A DNA stretch of 64,000 nucleotides from Candidatus Latescibacterota bacterium (GCA_965204375.1 OZ241986.1:2048001-2112000), one strand, 5' to 3'; positions 17,598-27,487 are shown, numbered from the stretch's first letter. Numbers and translations are program-made. The notes: generated by a model not told the origin, from the sequence alone.

Positions 17598-19091
17598 ATG
17601 TCCATGCCCAAACATCCGCGCTTTGCCATGCACGGCATTCGCAAAACCTTTGGCGCAACCATCGCCCTCGACAATGTCGATTTTGCCGTTTCACCCGGCG
17701 AAATCCACGCCCTCATCGGTGAAAATGGCGCGGGCAAAAGCACCTTGATGAAAGTGCTATCGGGAGCCTTGCAGCCCGATGCCGGGGAAATGAACATTGA
17801 CGGATCGCCCTTCGCACCTGCCAATCCCCTCCAGGCGCGACAGCAGGGCGTAGCCATGATCTATCAAGAACTCTCCCTCGCGCCCCATCTAACTGTTGCG
17901 GAAAACGTCCTCCTCGGAATGGAAATCACGAGACGCGGATTATTGCAAAAATCAGATATGTATGCTCTTGTTCTAAATGCACTGACAGAACTCGACCATG
18001 CCGATATCGACCCCCACGCACGCGTGGGCACCCTCACCATTGCCGAACGGCAAATCGTAGAAATTGCACGTGCACTATCTGTTCAATGCCGCGTCCTCGT
18101 CCTCGACGAACCCACCAGCAGCCTCACGCGTGCAGATGCCGACCGTTTATTTCGCGTGATGCAACGCCTGAAAGCGCGAAATTTGGCAATCGTCTATATC
18201 TCGCACTTCCTCGAAGAGATCAAAGAAATCGCCGATCAATACACAGTTCTGCGCGACGGCAAAAAAGCTGGCAGCGGCCTGGTCGCCCAAACCCCCATAT
18301 CCGACATCGTTCACCTCATGGTCGGTCGGCAAATCGACGACTTTTTTCCCCGCTCCAGCCGCACATCGGGCGAACCACTCCTCGACCTCACGAACCTCGC
18401 TGCCGACCCTCTCCCTAACAGCGCATCCCTCGTCCTGCACCGCGGAGAAGTACTCGGCATAGGTGGACTCATCGGTGCTGGTCGCACGGAACTTTTGCGC
18501 GCCATTTTTGGCCTTGCCCCCATACGCAAAGGCAATATCACCTTAGCGCACAACACTGCCCGCGCAACACCTGCACAGCGCCTCGCGCAGGGAATGGGAT
18601 TGCTCAGCGAAGACCGCAAAGACGAGGGACTCGCCCAATCGATGAGTCTGACCGATAACCTCACCCTATCGCGCTTGCCCAGAGGGATCATCTTTCCCAA
18701 AAAACTGCACGCCATTGCCCACCAGTGGATATCTCGCCTCGGCATTCGCACATTGGGACCTGCACAATCCATTGCAGACCTCTCTGGCGGCAACCAGCAA
18801 AAAGTCGCGCTCGCCCGCCTGCTCCACCACGACGTAGATTGCCTGCTTTTGGACGAACCCACGCGCGGTATTGACATTGCCAGCAAAGCCGACATCTACC
18901 ACCTGATTAACCAACTCGCAACACAGGGCAAAGCCATTCTCCTCGTAAGCAGTTACCTGCCCGAACTCCTCGGGATATGCGATCGTATCGCCGTCATGTA
19001 CCGCGGTCGCCTCGGCCCAGCGCATCCCGTTGACAAATGCAGCGAACACAGCCTCATGCTCGAAGCGACCGGACAGGAGGTTGCACAGTGA
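17598..19091 (+). CDS. Sugar ABC transporter ATP-binding protein (two NBDs, RbsA-like)
   Basis: GENGAGKST, LDEPT twice, LSGGNQQK. Confidence 0.96.
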   Translation: MSMPKHPRFAMHGIRKTFGATIALDNVDFAVSPGEIHALIGENGAGKSTLMKVLSGALQPDAGEMNIDGSPFAPANPLQARQQGVAMIYQELSLAPHLTVAENVLLGMEITRRGLLQKSDMYALVLNALTELDHADIDPHARVGTLTIAERQIVEIARALSVQCRVLVLDEPTSSLTRADADRLFRVMQRLKARNLAIVYISHFLEEIKEIADQYTVLRDGKKAGSGLVAQTPISDIVHLMVGRQIDDFFPRSSRTSGEPLLDLTNLAADPLPNSASLVLHRGEVLGIGGLIGAGRTELLRAIFGLAPIRKGNITLAHNTARATPAQRLAQGMGLLSEDRKDEGLAQSMSLTDNLTLSRLPRGIIFPKKLHAIAHQWISRLGIRTLGPAQSIADLSGGNQQKVALARLLHHDVDCLLLDEPTRGIDIASKADIYHLINQLATQGKAILLVSSYLPELLGICDRIAVMYRGRLGPAHPVDKCSEHSLMLEATGQEVAQ

Positions 19092-20020
19092 ATCATCTCT
19101 CGCGCTTTGCCCCCCTGCTCGGCCTCTTTATGGTTTACGGCCTATTCGCCATTCTCAGTCCCGACAGCTTTAGCAGCGGCCGCAACCTCGAAACCATCGC
19201 CCGTCAAACAGCCATTGTCGGCACAGCAGCACTCGGCATGACCCTCGTCATCATCGCCGGGGGCATTGACCTCTCTGTCGGCTCCATCATAGCCCTGACC
19301 ACCGTCACCATCGCCGCATCGCTTCAGGCGGACCTATCACCTCTTGTCGCCGCGCTCATCGGCATATTCACAGGCGCGCTGTGTGGCCTTGTCAACGGCC
19401 TGATCATCACCCGTTTTCGCGTCGTGCCTTTTATCGTCACACTCGGCACGCTCCTGCTCGTGCGCGGCATTGCCAAAGGCCTGGCTGGCGAACAGAAAAT
19501 CGACGCCCCCCTCACCTATCTCATCGACCTGCTCGCAGCACTTCCGCGAGGTGCGTGGTGGATATTCCCGCCCGGCGTATGGCTTCTCATCATCCTCGCC
19601 CTCCTCACCGGCGGATTCCTCGCCTATACCCGCCCGGGCAAACACATCGTCGCCATTGGCTCCAATGAAAACACGGCTCGCCTGTGCGGCATTCGCGTCG
19701 AATCCACCAAATTACTCGTCTATGCCCTCGCCGGAACATCCGCAGGCATAGCCGGGCTTCTCCAATTTTCTCGCCTCACCGTAGGCGATCCCACGGTCGC
19801 TGTTGGCCTCGAACTCGACGTCATCGCAGCCGTTGTCATCGGCGGGGGCAGCCTCTCGGGCGGCGAAGGCTCGGTACTCGGCAGCGTGGTCGGCGCACTG
19901 ATCATGACCGTCATCCGCTCTGGCTGTTCACAAATGGGCTTGCCAAATTGGGTGCAAGAAATCGTCACCGGTATTATCATAGTCACTGCCGTGGCAGTCG
20001 ATAGATTGAGACATAGATAA
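19088..20020 (+). CDS. Sugar ABC transporter permease (RbsC-like)
   Basis: GGIDLSVGS, PFIVTLG, ELDVIAAVVIGG.SL.GG.G; GTG start overlapping the ATPase stop. Confidence 0.95.
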   Translation: MNHLSRFAPLLGLFMVYGLFAILSPDSFSSGRNLETIARQTAIVGTAALGMTLVIIAGGIDLSVGSIIALTTVTIAASLQADLSPLVAALIGIFTGALCGLVNGLIITRFRVVPFIVTLGTLLLVRGIAKGLAGEQKIDAPLTYLIDLLAALPRGAWWIFPPGVWLLIILALLTGGFLAYTRPGKHIVAIGSNENTARLCGIRVESTKLLVYALAGTSAGIAGLLQFSRLTVGDPTVAVGLELDVIAAVVIGGGSLSGGEGSVLGSVVGALIMTVIRSGCSQMGLPNWVQEIVTGIIIVTAVAVDRLRHR

Positions 20021-20113
20021 AAAGAGATGAAATTTGAACAGCGTAGAATCGTTAAAACGCACAGGCAAATCTACGAAACAGTTGACAACGGGCCGTCACT
20101 CCGACCAGTTCAT

Positions 20114-20455
20114 CTACGACGCAATATCAGGCGTGTCATCCTTATCCAGAGCCGCAATGCCCGTCAGTGCGACGGGCGGACGATCAGGGAATTCCGCCAC
20201 CAAGCGCAATGTTCCGCCCATCGCTTCGACATAGCCACTGAGCGTGGATAACAGCAGGTCGCTACGCTTTTCAATACGGGATACGTTTTCCTGGTTAATC
20301 CCGAGTTCCTTTGCCACGCGCACCTGCGTCTTCTTCCGCGCCTTGCGCAGGTCTCGCAGGGACATTTCTTCGGCGATCAACGCCTTAGCCCGCTCTTCCA
20401 CTTTCTTCCGACGCGTCAGAGAGAGCCGGTCCAGCCTTTCTGCTAGAGTCGTCAT
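20114..20455 (-). CDS. XRE-HTH antitoxin (HigA-like)
   Basis: LRDLRKAR..TQ..VAKELGINQENVSRIEKRSDLLLSTL..YVEAMGG. Confidence 0.92.
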   Translation of the reverse strand: MTTLAERLDRLSLTRRKKVEERAKALIAEEMSLRDLRKARKKTQVRVAKELGINQENVSRIEKRSDLLLSTLSGYVEAMGGTLRLVAEFPDRPPVALTGIAALDKDDTPDIAS

Positions 20456-20820
20456 CTTGTCCTCCTCTTATCTTTCAGTCGTTCGAGATGCAAGTCGAAC
20501 CTGTCGTCCGCCTTTTTGATCAGCCCTCTGTAAAAGCGTCTTTCGCTGACGCCCGATTTGTCGCCAGCCACAAGCAAGATAGCTTTCCGCCTGGGATCAA
20601 AGGCAAAAGCAACTCGCCACACGCCGTCCGCAGCCTGAAAGCGCAGTTCCTTCATATTGGCGTGGCGCGATCCATTCAGAGTATCTACGCGCGGGCGGCC
20701 CAGTGCTGGTCCAAACGCCTCAAGAAGCGTGGCCTGCGCAAGCAGTTCATCCTGCACTGCGATGGGCAGAGCATCAAATTCTGAGTCGAAAGCCGGATCG
20801 AATCCGATTTCCCAGTTCAT
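20452..20820 (-). CDS. RelE/HigB-like toxin (Gp49/DUF891-like)
   Basis: GP.LGRP.VDTL.GS.HANMKELR..WRVAFAFDP.R.AILLVAGDK; start moved from 21030 to 20820. Confidence 0.92.
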   Translation of the reverse strand: MNWEIGFDPAFDSEFDALPIAVQDELLAQATLLEAFGPALGRPRVDTLNGSRHANMKELRFQAADGVWRVAFAFDPRRKAILLVAGDKSGVSERRFYRGLIKKADDRFDLHLERLKDKRRTR

Positions 20821-20826
20821 GGTCTG

Positions 20827-20855
20827 AATATGACTTGAAAAGCATATTTTGTCAA
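20827..20855 (-). promoter_or_regulatory. Sigma70-type promoter TTGACA-N17-CATATT with overlapping AATATG-N10-CATATT palindrome
   Basis: -35 at 20855-20850 and -10 at 20832-20827, 6 nt before the toxin ATG. Confidence 0.7.
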
Positions 20856-21054
20856 ACGGTATTCTGCCCGTCCCTTGCGAAGCACCGAGGCAGATAAATG
20901 CGAGGATTGCTCCGAACCAGAGCCGCAGGCGCGAGATCGGTTTTTCTTTTATATTTGTTTTTTGCAACTTATTTTTCTCAGGTGAGTTAGAGAAAACGAG
21001 TTGCAGACCTGAGCCAACGACATGGCTCATTCACCCATTCCAAGGAGTAAACCC

Positions 21055-21504
21055 ATGCAAGCCCGACGTACTCTCTCCCTCATCGCCCTTGCCTTTTTGT
21101 TGACCTCGGCCCCTGCCTTTGCAGCCTCCGTCGAAGTGGAAGGCGAAGGCACGCCAGCCCTGTACGTAGTTAAGGTACACGCCGACTGGTGCGGCTCCTG
21201 CAAAGCACTGGTGCCCATTCTCGACGAAGTTCGAGAAACCATGTCTGCCGAGCCTGTTCTCTTTCTCACGTTAGACGTGACCGACGAAGACCGCACCGGA
21301 CAGGCCCGCCTGCTGGCCGCAGCTCTCGGCATCGAGCAACACCTCAAAACCAATAACAAAACCGGGCTGGTCCTGATCATCAATCCCGCCGACAAGGCCC
21401 TGCTGGAAACTCTGACTAAAGAAAACACCGCCGATGAAATGGTCGGTAAAATTGAGGAGCATATTGCCGCAACTGAGGACGACGACGAGGACATGGACAT
21501 GTGA
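21055..21504 (+). CDS. Exported thioredoxin-like protein
   Basis: RBS AAGGAG at 21042; signal peptide ending AFA; HADWCGSC. Confidence 0.85.
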   Translation: MQARRTLSLIALAFLLTSAPAFAASVEVEGEGTPALYVVKVHADWCGSCKALVPILDEVRETMSAEPVLFLTLDVTDEDRTGQARLLAAALGIEQHLKTNNKTGLVLIINPADKALLETLTKENTADEMVGKIEEHIAATEDDDEDMDM

Positions 21505-21524
21505 GCCAAGAGGTCGAATTACGG

Positions 21525-21554
21525 TGCATCGCTTAGCGAACACTGGGCGATGCA
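21525..21554 (+). terminator. Possible terminator hairpin after the thioredoxin gene
   Basis: TGCATCGC...GCGATGCA stem; no clear U-tract. Confidence 0.35.
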
Positions 21555-21601
21555 TCTGAAAGAACAACTATATCAAAACTGCTACTTATCGGAATCGAAA
21601 C

Positions 21602-22879
21602 ATGAACAAAGACACCGCCTTTCAAATGGGAGCCTCAAACCTGCGTTTTGGGGTGGGAACAACGCGCGAAATCGGCATGGATCTGTCCGACATAGGCCTC
21701 AAGCGCGTCCTCGTCATCACCGATCCCAACCTCGTCGATCTGCCTCCTGTTCAAACTGCGAGAGAGAGCCTGGAATCCGAAGGCATAGAATACGACCTAT
21801 TCGATCGCGTACGCGTGGAACCCACAGATATCTCCTTCAAAGACGCCATTGCAGTCGCCACAGAAGGCACTTACGAAGGCTATGTCGCCATTGGGGGCGG
21901 TTCATCTATCGACACGGCAAAAGCAGCCAACTTATTTGCAACCTATCCCGATGACTTCTTCGCCTATATCAACGCCCCCATCGGCCAGGGCAAACCCGTT
22001 CCCGGCCCTGTCAAACCCCTCTTTGCCATTCCCACCACAGCCGGAACGGGAAGCGAAACCACGGGCGTAGCCATTATGGACCTCTCCGATCGCCACGTCA
22101 AAACCGGCATCGCACACCGCTATCTCAAACCCGACCTCGCCATTGTCGATCCCGAAAACACGCGCACCATGCCGCCTTCTATCGCGGCAGCAACCGGCCT
22201 CGACGTCCTTTGTCACGCCCTCGAATCCTTCACCGCCATCCCCTATACCGAACGCCCCAGACCCAATCGCCCAATAGAACGCCCCGCCTATCAGGGCGCC
22301 AACCCCATTTCCGACATGTGGGCGCTCAAAGCCATAGAAATGACCACGCAATACCTGCCCCGCGCAGTTCGGAACCCCGACGATGACGAAGCCCGCGCAC
22401 AAATGATCCTCGCCGCATCGCTCGCAGGCATCGGCTTTGGCAATGCAGGCGTTCACCTCTGTCACGGCATGTCGTATCCCGTCTCAGGTATGGTGCGAGA
22501 CTTCAAACCCAAAGGGATGATCACCGACCACGCCATCATCCCACACGGCATGTCCGTCGTCCTCAACGCCCCTCCCGTCTTTCGATTCACAGGACCCGCG
22601 CGACCAGACCGCCACCTTCGGGCAGCACAGATCATGGGCGCAGACATCTCCAACGCATCTCCCGACGAAGCGGGCCACATCCTCGCCGATCAAATCGTCG
22701 CCCTGATGAAACAGCTCGAAGTGCCCAATGGCCTGTCAGCAATCGGATTTACCGAAAGCGACATCCCCGCACTCGTCGAAGGAACCCTCCCCCAACACCG
22801 CGTCACCAAACTCTCACCGCGTCCCGCAGAAGCCGAAGACCTGGAGAGTCTGTTCAAAGATGCAATGGTCGCATGGTGA
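21602..22879 (+). CDS. Hydroxyacid-oxoacid transhydrogenase (Fe-containing ADH family)
   Basis: GGGSSID, PTTAGTGSETT, GLDVLCHALES, RPAYQGANPISD, GVHLCHGMSYP, PHG. Confidence 0.9.
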   Translation: MNKDTAFQMGASNLRFGVGTTREIGMDLSDIGLKRVLVITDPNLVDLPPVQTARESLESEGIEYDLFDRVRVEPTDISFKDAIAVATEGTYEGYVAIGGGSSIDTAKAANLFATYPDDFFAYINAPIGQGKPVPGPVKPLFAIPTTAGTGSETTGVAIMDLSDRHVKTGIAHRYLKPDLAIVDPENTRTMPPSIAAATGLDVLCHALESFTAIPYTERPRPNRPIERPAYQGANPISDMWALKAIEMTTQYLPRAVRNPDDDEARAQMILAASLAGIGFGNAGVHLCHGMSYPVSGMVRDFKPKGMITDHAIIPHGMSVVLNAPPVFRFTGPARPDRHLRAAQIMGADISNASPDEAGHILADQIVALMKQLEVPNGLSAIGFTESDIPALVEGTLPQHRVTKLSPRPAEAEDLESLFKDAMVAW

Positions 22880-22888
22880 AATCAAAGG

Positions 22889-22917
22889 TTGCCATTCTGT
22901 TGTCGAAATATTATGAT
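22889..22917 (+). promoter_or_regulatory. Sigma70-type promoter TTGCCA-N17-TATGAT
   Basis: Near-consensus hexamers with 17-bp spacer upstream of the SSS gene. Confidence 0.55.
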
Positions 22918-22964
22918 GTAAGCACCAACAGCATCGATATACAGGGATAACAGGAGGGCTTTTC

Positions 22965-24848
22965 GTGGACGCTAAACTAATCTGGCTTTTTGCTTTTGTG
23001 GGACTTTACTGGGCTTATTGCCTCTTCTGGGGTGTCAGAGGCGCCATTTCTTCGCGCACATCAACCGACTACTTCGTGGCCGGGCGCACCATTGGCTTAT
23101 GGGTATTTGTTCTCGCGGCCACCGCCACCAGCTTTTCCGGCTGGACCTTTGTGGGGCACCCCGGCAAAATCCTCATCGATGGCCTGCCCTACGCATTCGC
23201 CTCCTTCTATGCCCTCACAATTCCCTTTACTGGCGTACTCTTTTTGCGCCGCCAATGGGTCGTCGGGCGGGCCTTTGAACACATTACCCCCGGCGAAATG
23301 TACACCACCTACTACGGTGGTAATGCCATGCGCCTGCTCACGGTTCTCGTCGCCTTCCTCTTTTCAGTACCCTATCTCGGCGTACAACTCCGCGCCTCTG
23401 GCGACCTCTTCCACGTACTCACCGACGGCATGATCGGCATTGAAATAGGTATGTTCGCCCTCTCTGCCATTGTTATGATCTACGTCGCATCCGGCGGTCT
23501 TCGCTCCGTAGCCTATGTTGACTGCGCCCAGTGTATCTTGCTCGCCCTCGGCATTGTCATCCTGGGGGGTATCGCCATCAGCTTTGCAGGGGGTTGGGGC
23601 GGGTTTACCGACGGCCTTGCAAACTATGTCAAACAAGACCTCGCATCGGGTCAAAAACTCACCCCTGCCGGCCACTCAAATATCGTAGCTATGCCGGGAA
23701 CGATCCAAGCAGTATCTTCAGGGGCAGAAGCACAAGGTAGTGTGTGGACCGGCATGATGTGCCTCACCTACATGTTCGCGCTCATGGGCATCCAATCCTC
23801 ACCCGCTTTTTCCATGTGGTGTTTTTCCAACAAAACCAGCGAACCTTTCCGCTGGCAGCAAGTCGTGGCATCCTCGATTATCATCGGCATCATCCTCTTC
23901 TCCTTTACCATCTTTCAGGGCATTGGGGGCAACATCCTCATTGCAAACGGCATCTTTGAATCCGCCAATGACAAAAACCTCGTTCCCCAACTCATCAACC
24001 TGCTCACCGACTCGGCTCCCTGGCTCGTCGGCTTGCTCGCGGTCTGTGCCCTCGCCGCAATGCAATCCACGGGAGCGGCCTACATGTCCACCTTCTCGGG
24101 CATGGTCACCCGCGACCTCTACAAACAGTACGTCGCTCCCGACGCATCGGACAGCGTGCAAAAACTCTGTGGGCGCATCTTCGTCATCGTCGTCACAGTA
24201 GTCGCGCTCTTCGTCGCCGCGCAATTCACCGGCGCCATCGTCATGCTCGGTGGCCTGGCCGTTGCCTACGGCTTCCAGATGTACCCGGCTCTCATGGGTG
24301 TGTGTTACTTTCCCTGGCTCACCCGCAAAGGCGTGGTCTGGGGCCTTGTTGCCGGCCTTATTGCCGTCACCCTGACCGACCGCACAGTGGCCGTATTTGG
24401 ACTTCCCTGGGGCGCATTCCCCCTCACCATTCACAGCGCGGGCTGGGGCATCTTCGCCAACTTGATCATTGCCCTGCTCGTCTCGAAATTCGGCTCAGAA
24501 AATAGAGAAGAACGCGAAAAACGCGAAAAACACCACGTCTTTATCCAGGCCGTCTCCGGCCTCACCGAAGACCAGAAGAAATGGGTGACACCAGCGTGGA
24601 TCCTCACAGTTTTATGGTTTCTCATTGGATTCGGGCCTTTTGCCACGGTTGGCAACACCCTATTTTCCGACCCCAACACCCCGGCCACCTGGGCGCCTTT
24701 TGGCTTGCCCTCACTCTGGATCTGGCAACTCCTCATGCTTATCTTCGGCATCTTCGTCATGTGGATGCTCGCCTTCAAAGTCGGCCTCTCCAAACCCGTT
24801 CCGATTGAAGATGTGACCTCGCAGCGTGAAGCGTTTTACAAAAAATAA
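22965..24848 (+). CDS. Sodium:solute symporter family transporter
   Basis: DYFVAGR, ATSFSGWTFVGHPG, GGLRSVAY.D, AAMQST; many TM helices; RBS AGGAGG. Confidence 0.93.
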   Translation: MDAKLIWLFAFVGLYWAYCLFWGVRGAISSRTSTDYFVAGRTIGLWVFVLAATATSFSGWTFVGHPGKILIDGLPYAFASFYALTIPFTGVLFLRRQWVVGRAFEHITPGEMYTTYYGGNAMRLLTVLVAFLFSVPYLGVQLRASGDLFHVLTDGMIGIEIGMFALSAIVMIYVASGGLRSVAYVDCAQCILLALGIVILGGIAISFAGGWGGFTDGLANYVKQDLASGQKLTPAGHSNIVAMPGTIQAVSSGAEAQGSVWTGMMCLTYMFALMGIQSSPAFSMWCFSNKTSEPFRWQQVVASSIIIGIILFSFTIFQGIGGNILIANGIFESANDKNLVPQLINLLTDSAPWLVGLLAVCALAAMQSTGAAYMSTFSGMVTRDLYKQYVAPDASDSVQKLCGRIFVIVVTVVALFVAAQFTGAIVMLGGLAVAYGFQMYPALMGVCYFPWLTRKGVVWGLVAGLIAVTLTDRTVAVFGLPWGAFPLTIHSAGWGIFANLIIALLVSKFGSENREEREKREKHHVFIQAVSGLTEDQKKWVTPAWILTVLWFLIGFGPFATVGNTLFSDPNTPATWAPFGLPSLWIWQLLMLIFGIFVMWMLAFKVGLSKPVPIEDVTSQREAFYKK

Positions 24849-24851
24849 AAA

Positions 24852-24880
24852 GAGCATCGGTGGATAATACACCGATGCTC
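24852..24880. terminator. Intrinsic terminator hairpin (11-bp stem) with A-tract on its left
   Basis: GAGCATCGGTG-N7-CACCGATGCTC preceded by AAAAATAAAAA. Confidence 0.75.
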
Positions 24881-24898
24881 CTATATGGAGATAGACGA

Positions 24899-25111
24899 AT
24901 GGCAAAGCATCACATCCCTCTAAAGCTGGATAAAACAGCACTTTCTATAGGATCACTCTCCGATACTTCGGAAGAACGTACATATTGGCTTACTCAAACA
25001 CCTCGCGAACGCCTGAAGCAAATCGAAATTCTTCGCCGGATCAATTATGGAAATCGAGCTACCAGACGACTTCAAAGAGTTCTTGAAGTTGCTCAACGAA
25101 CATGGCGTTGA
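24899..25111 (+). CDS. Small hypothetical partner of a nucleotidyltransferase (TA-like pair)
   Basis: RBS GGAG at 24887; YW...TP.ERL...E.LRR.NYG....RLQRVLEV; overlaps the next gene. Confidence 0.65.
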   Translation: MAKHHIPLKLDKTALSIGSLSDTSEERTYWLTQTPRERLKQIEILRRINYGNRATRRLQRVLEVAQRTWR

Positions 25112-25493
25112 ATATCTCTTGATTGGTGGCTATGCTGTCGGTTATTACGGTTATCCACGAGCCACTAACGATCTGGATATTTGGATTGCAGTCCATCCCC
25201 AAAATGCCGAACGCCTGATCACTGTCCTGCAAGCCTTTGGATTCCCCACATCCGATCTCTTTGCAAATATATTTCTCAATGAAGAAGACATCATTCGCAT
25301 GGGCGTTCCTCCAATGCGTATTGAAATTATTCCATCTATTTCTGGTGTTGATTTTGATACCTGCTATGCAGAACGCATCGTCGATATCATAGATGAAATT
25401 CAAGTTAATCTAATCAGTCTTGAACACTTAAAGGCGAACAAAAAAGCGAGCGGAAGATTCAAAGACCTCGACGATTTAGAACACCTTCCTTGA
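25047..25493 (+). CDS. Minimal nucleotidyltransferase (Pol-beta superfamily)
   Basis: YLLIGGYAV..YGYPRAT.DLD, NKKASGR.KDL.D. Confidence 0.85.
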   Translation: MEIELPDDFKEFLKLLNEHGVEYLLIGGYAVGYYGYPRATNDLDIWIAVHPQNAERLITVLQAFGFPTSDLFANIFLNEEDIIRMGVPPMRIEIIPSISGVDFDTCYAERIVDIIDEIQVNLISLEHLKANKKASGRFKDLDDLEHLP

Positions 25494-25502
25494 AAGTTTT
25501 CA

Positions 25503-26534
25503 CTATTCCCACAAGTCATCATCAAACCACACCCCAAAACCCGGTCCCTCACCTAGTGCCATTTTGCCATCCATCACTTGCGGTTGATCGCGCACCCACG
25601 TCATCCAGGGGCGTCCACTTTCAGCCAGTGGATCGGGATCGAGTGCGACAATCGCGTGCAGCGCCCACACCTCCCCCCCGCGATGTGGACACACCTCGAC
25701 ATCGTAATTCTTTGCCAACGCGTAAATTTTCACCAACTCTGTCAACCCACCACACCAGCAAACATCGGGTTGATAAATAGCGTGTAACCCCCTTTGCATC
25801 AGCACCTCAAATCCACCCGCCGTATATTCGTGCTCACCACTCGCAATGGGAATGGGGCTCTCGCGCATCAACCGCTCATAGCCATCAAAATCCTCCGGTA
25901 AAAGCGGCTCTTCCAACCAGTCCAAATTGAACTCAGCCAACCGATCCGCAGCGCGCAACGTACCTTCCACATCCCACGACATTGACGCATCGCACATCAA
26001 CTGAATATCGGCACCTACGGCTGCTCGCACATCCGCAAAAAAATCGGCTATGGCATCCAATTCACTGTGGGGATTCATGCCGCCAATGCCAAATTTTAAA
26101 GCCTTATAGCCCAGAGCGAGTGCGCCCTCAAGATCATCCCGCGACCACCCCGTGCGATACGACGGCACTGCCATTCGCGTTCCCCCCAGCACCTCGACAA
26201 GTGGTTTATTCGCCCGCTTGCCCCGCAAATCCCACAATGCCAAATCTGCGCCACTAATCGCCATCATCGCAATGCCCTTGCGCCCATAAGCTGCAGTATG
26301 GCGATACATCGCATCCCACAATCCCTCGACATCCCCGGCATTCGCGCCGATCAAAACCTCGCGCAACACCGTCTGAACCACGTGAATACCCGCCGCACCA
26401 CCCCCGCCAACGCCGTATCCCGACAACCCATCATCCGTATCAATCCGCACCAGAATCTGTCCAATCGTTCCGCGCCAACCAGCAGGTGCGCGATCTGCAT
26501 CGGGCTGTACTGCGCGAACATGTGTAATGATCAT
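25503..26534 (-). CDS. Mandelate racemase/enolase superfamily acid-sugar dehydratase
   Basis: AISGADLALWDL.GK, LMCD, WLEEP, IASGEH, QPD..WCGG, PGFG. Confidence 0.92.
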   Translation of the reverse strand: MIITHVRAVQPDADRAPAGWRGTIGQILVRIDTDDGLSGYGVGGGGAAGIHVVQTVLREVLIGANAGDVEGLWDAMYRHTAAYGRKGIAMMAISGADLALWDLRGKRANKPLVEVLGGTRMAVPSYRTGWSRDDLEGALALGYKALKFGIGGMNPHSELDAIADFFADVRAAVGADIQLMCDASMSWDVEGTLRAADRLAEFNLDWLEEPLLPEDFDGYERLMRESPIPIASGEHEYTAGGFEVLMQRGLHAIYQPDVCWCGGLTELVKIYALAKNYDVEVCPHRGGEVWALHAIVALDPDPLAESGRPWMTWVRDQPQVMDGKMALGEGPGFGVWFDDDLWE

Positions 26535-26573
26535 ATGCGATCTCCTATTGTAAAAAATTTATTACCCTGCTTC

Positions 26574-26602
26574 TTGATATGAAACCCGGTTCAGGGTATA
26601 TT
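26574..26602 (+). promoter_or_regulatory. Sigma70-type promoter TTGATA-N17-TATATT
   Basis: Near-consensus, upstream of 26644. Confidence 0.5.
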
Positions 26603-26643
26603 TACTGCAAAAAACTTACCTGCAAAATTTCCGGAGAAATATA

Positions 26644-27384
26644 ATGGACAAAACAATCAGACGCACGCCTGATGGAAAGCCCGAAAGGCGTACGCCCGAT
26701 GAAATGCTACGCGATGCCGTGTCAGATGATACCGATATTCCCGGCAAAGGCAAGCCACTCGACTTAAAAGCGTATTTCCGCCCCGATGCGGAACATCGCA
26801 TGGCGGGCAAAATCCTGCGCGACAACAACGTGCTACCCGCACACCTCCAGGAACGCAAAGACGCAGAAGAATACCTTAAAAATGCCGAAGAGCATCTGCA
26901 ACGCGCAACCGAAAAAATCGCGCCATTGCAAAAAGCAATACGCCCCCTCGCGCAAACACTCATCCGCACATTTTCCGACGACAAAGAAATGTGCAAAGCA
27001 CTCGGTCTGAATGCACTACCAGAAAAATTTCATCCCAATTCGGAAACACCACTCGCGTCTGATCTCCTTGAGACCATCAGCACCTTTGACCAATTGTGCA
27101 AACAATACAATGCACAGGTGCGCGATCTGACATACCGATACCTCGAAAACCTGCGCCTCGCGCACGAAAATATCGAAGCCAGCAAAAAACGGCAACTCGT
27201 CAACCGCTCGCTTTTGCCAGCTTATGCACCCATTGCCAAAGTCGATATCGAAGCGCAGAGAGAATACATACAAAAGCGATTCCCCCTCCTGCCCGAACGC
27301 CCACGCGACTGGCAATCGCGTCTCAAAACCTGGCAGCGGTCTCAACGACCATCCCTCTGGCAGCGCATGTTTAAATCCGCTTAA
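26644..27384 (+). CDS. DUF1992-like protein with coiled-coil extension
   Basis: IPGKGKPLDL..RMA.KIL.DNNVLP motif. Confidence 0.7.
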   Translation: MDKTIRRTPDGKPERRTPDEMLRDAVSDDTDIPGKGKPLDLKAYFRPDAEHRMAGKILRDNNVLPAHLQERKDAEEYLKNAEEHLQRATEKIAPLQKAIRPLAQTLIRTFSDDKEMCKALGLNALPEKFHPNSETPLASDLLETISTFDQLCKQYNAQVRDLTYRYLENLRLAHENIEASKKRQLVNRSLLPAYAPIAKVDIEAQREYIQKRFPLLPERPRDWQSRLKTWQRSQRPSLWQRMFKSA

Positions 27385-27414
27385 CCATCTCTTCTCCAGT
27401 TGTAATCATCTGAC

Positions 27415-27444
27415 GGGCAGACACCGACGCACTGCCCTCCTTTT
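27415..27444 (+). terminator. Probable terminator (GGGCAG-N11-CTGCCC then TCCTTTT)
   Basis: 6-bp GC stem with T-rich tail downstream of 27384. Confidence 0.45.
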
Positions 27445-27487
27445 CATCTGCATCTATCTGCGTCTATCTGCGTCCATCTGCGGATAC
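27444..27487 (+). repeat. Degenerate 10-bp tandem repeat (ATCTGCGTC(C/T)-like, 4 units)
   Basis: ATCTGC at 27446, 27456, 27466 and 27476; 22 bp (27466-27487) identical to 7830-7851. Confidence 0.9.

Noticed and set aside
20821-21030. 70-aa N-terminal extension of the toxin
   Set aside because: Family similarity begins at MNWEI (20820), and a promoter lies inside the extension.
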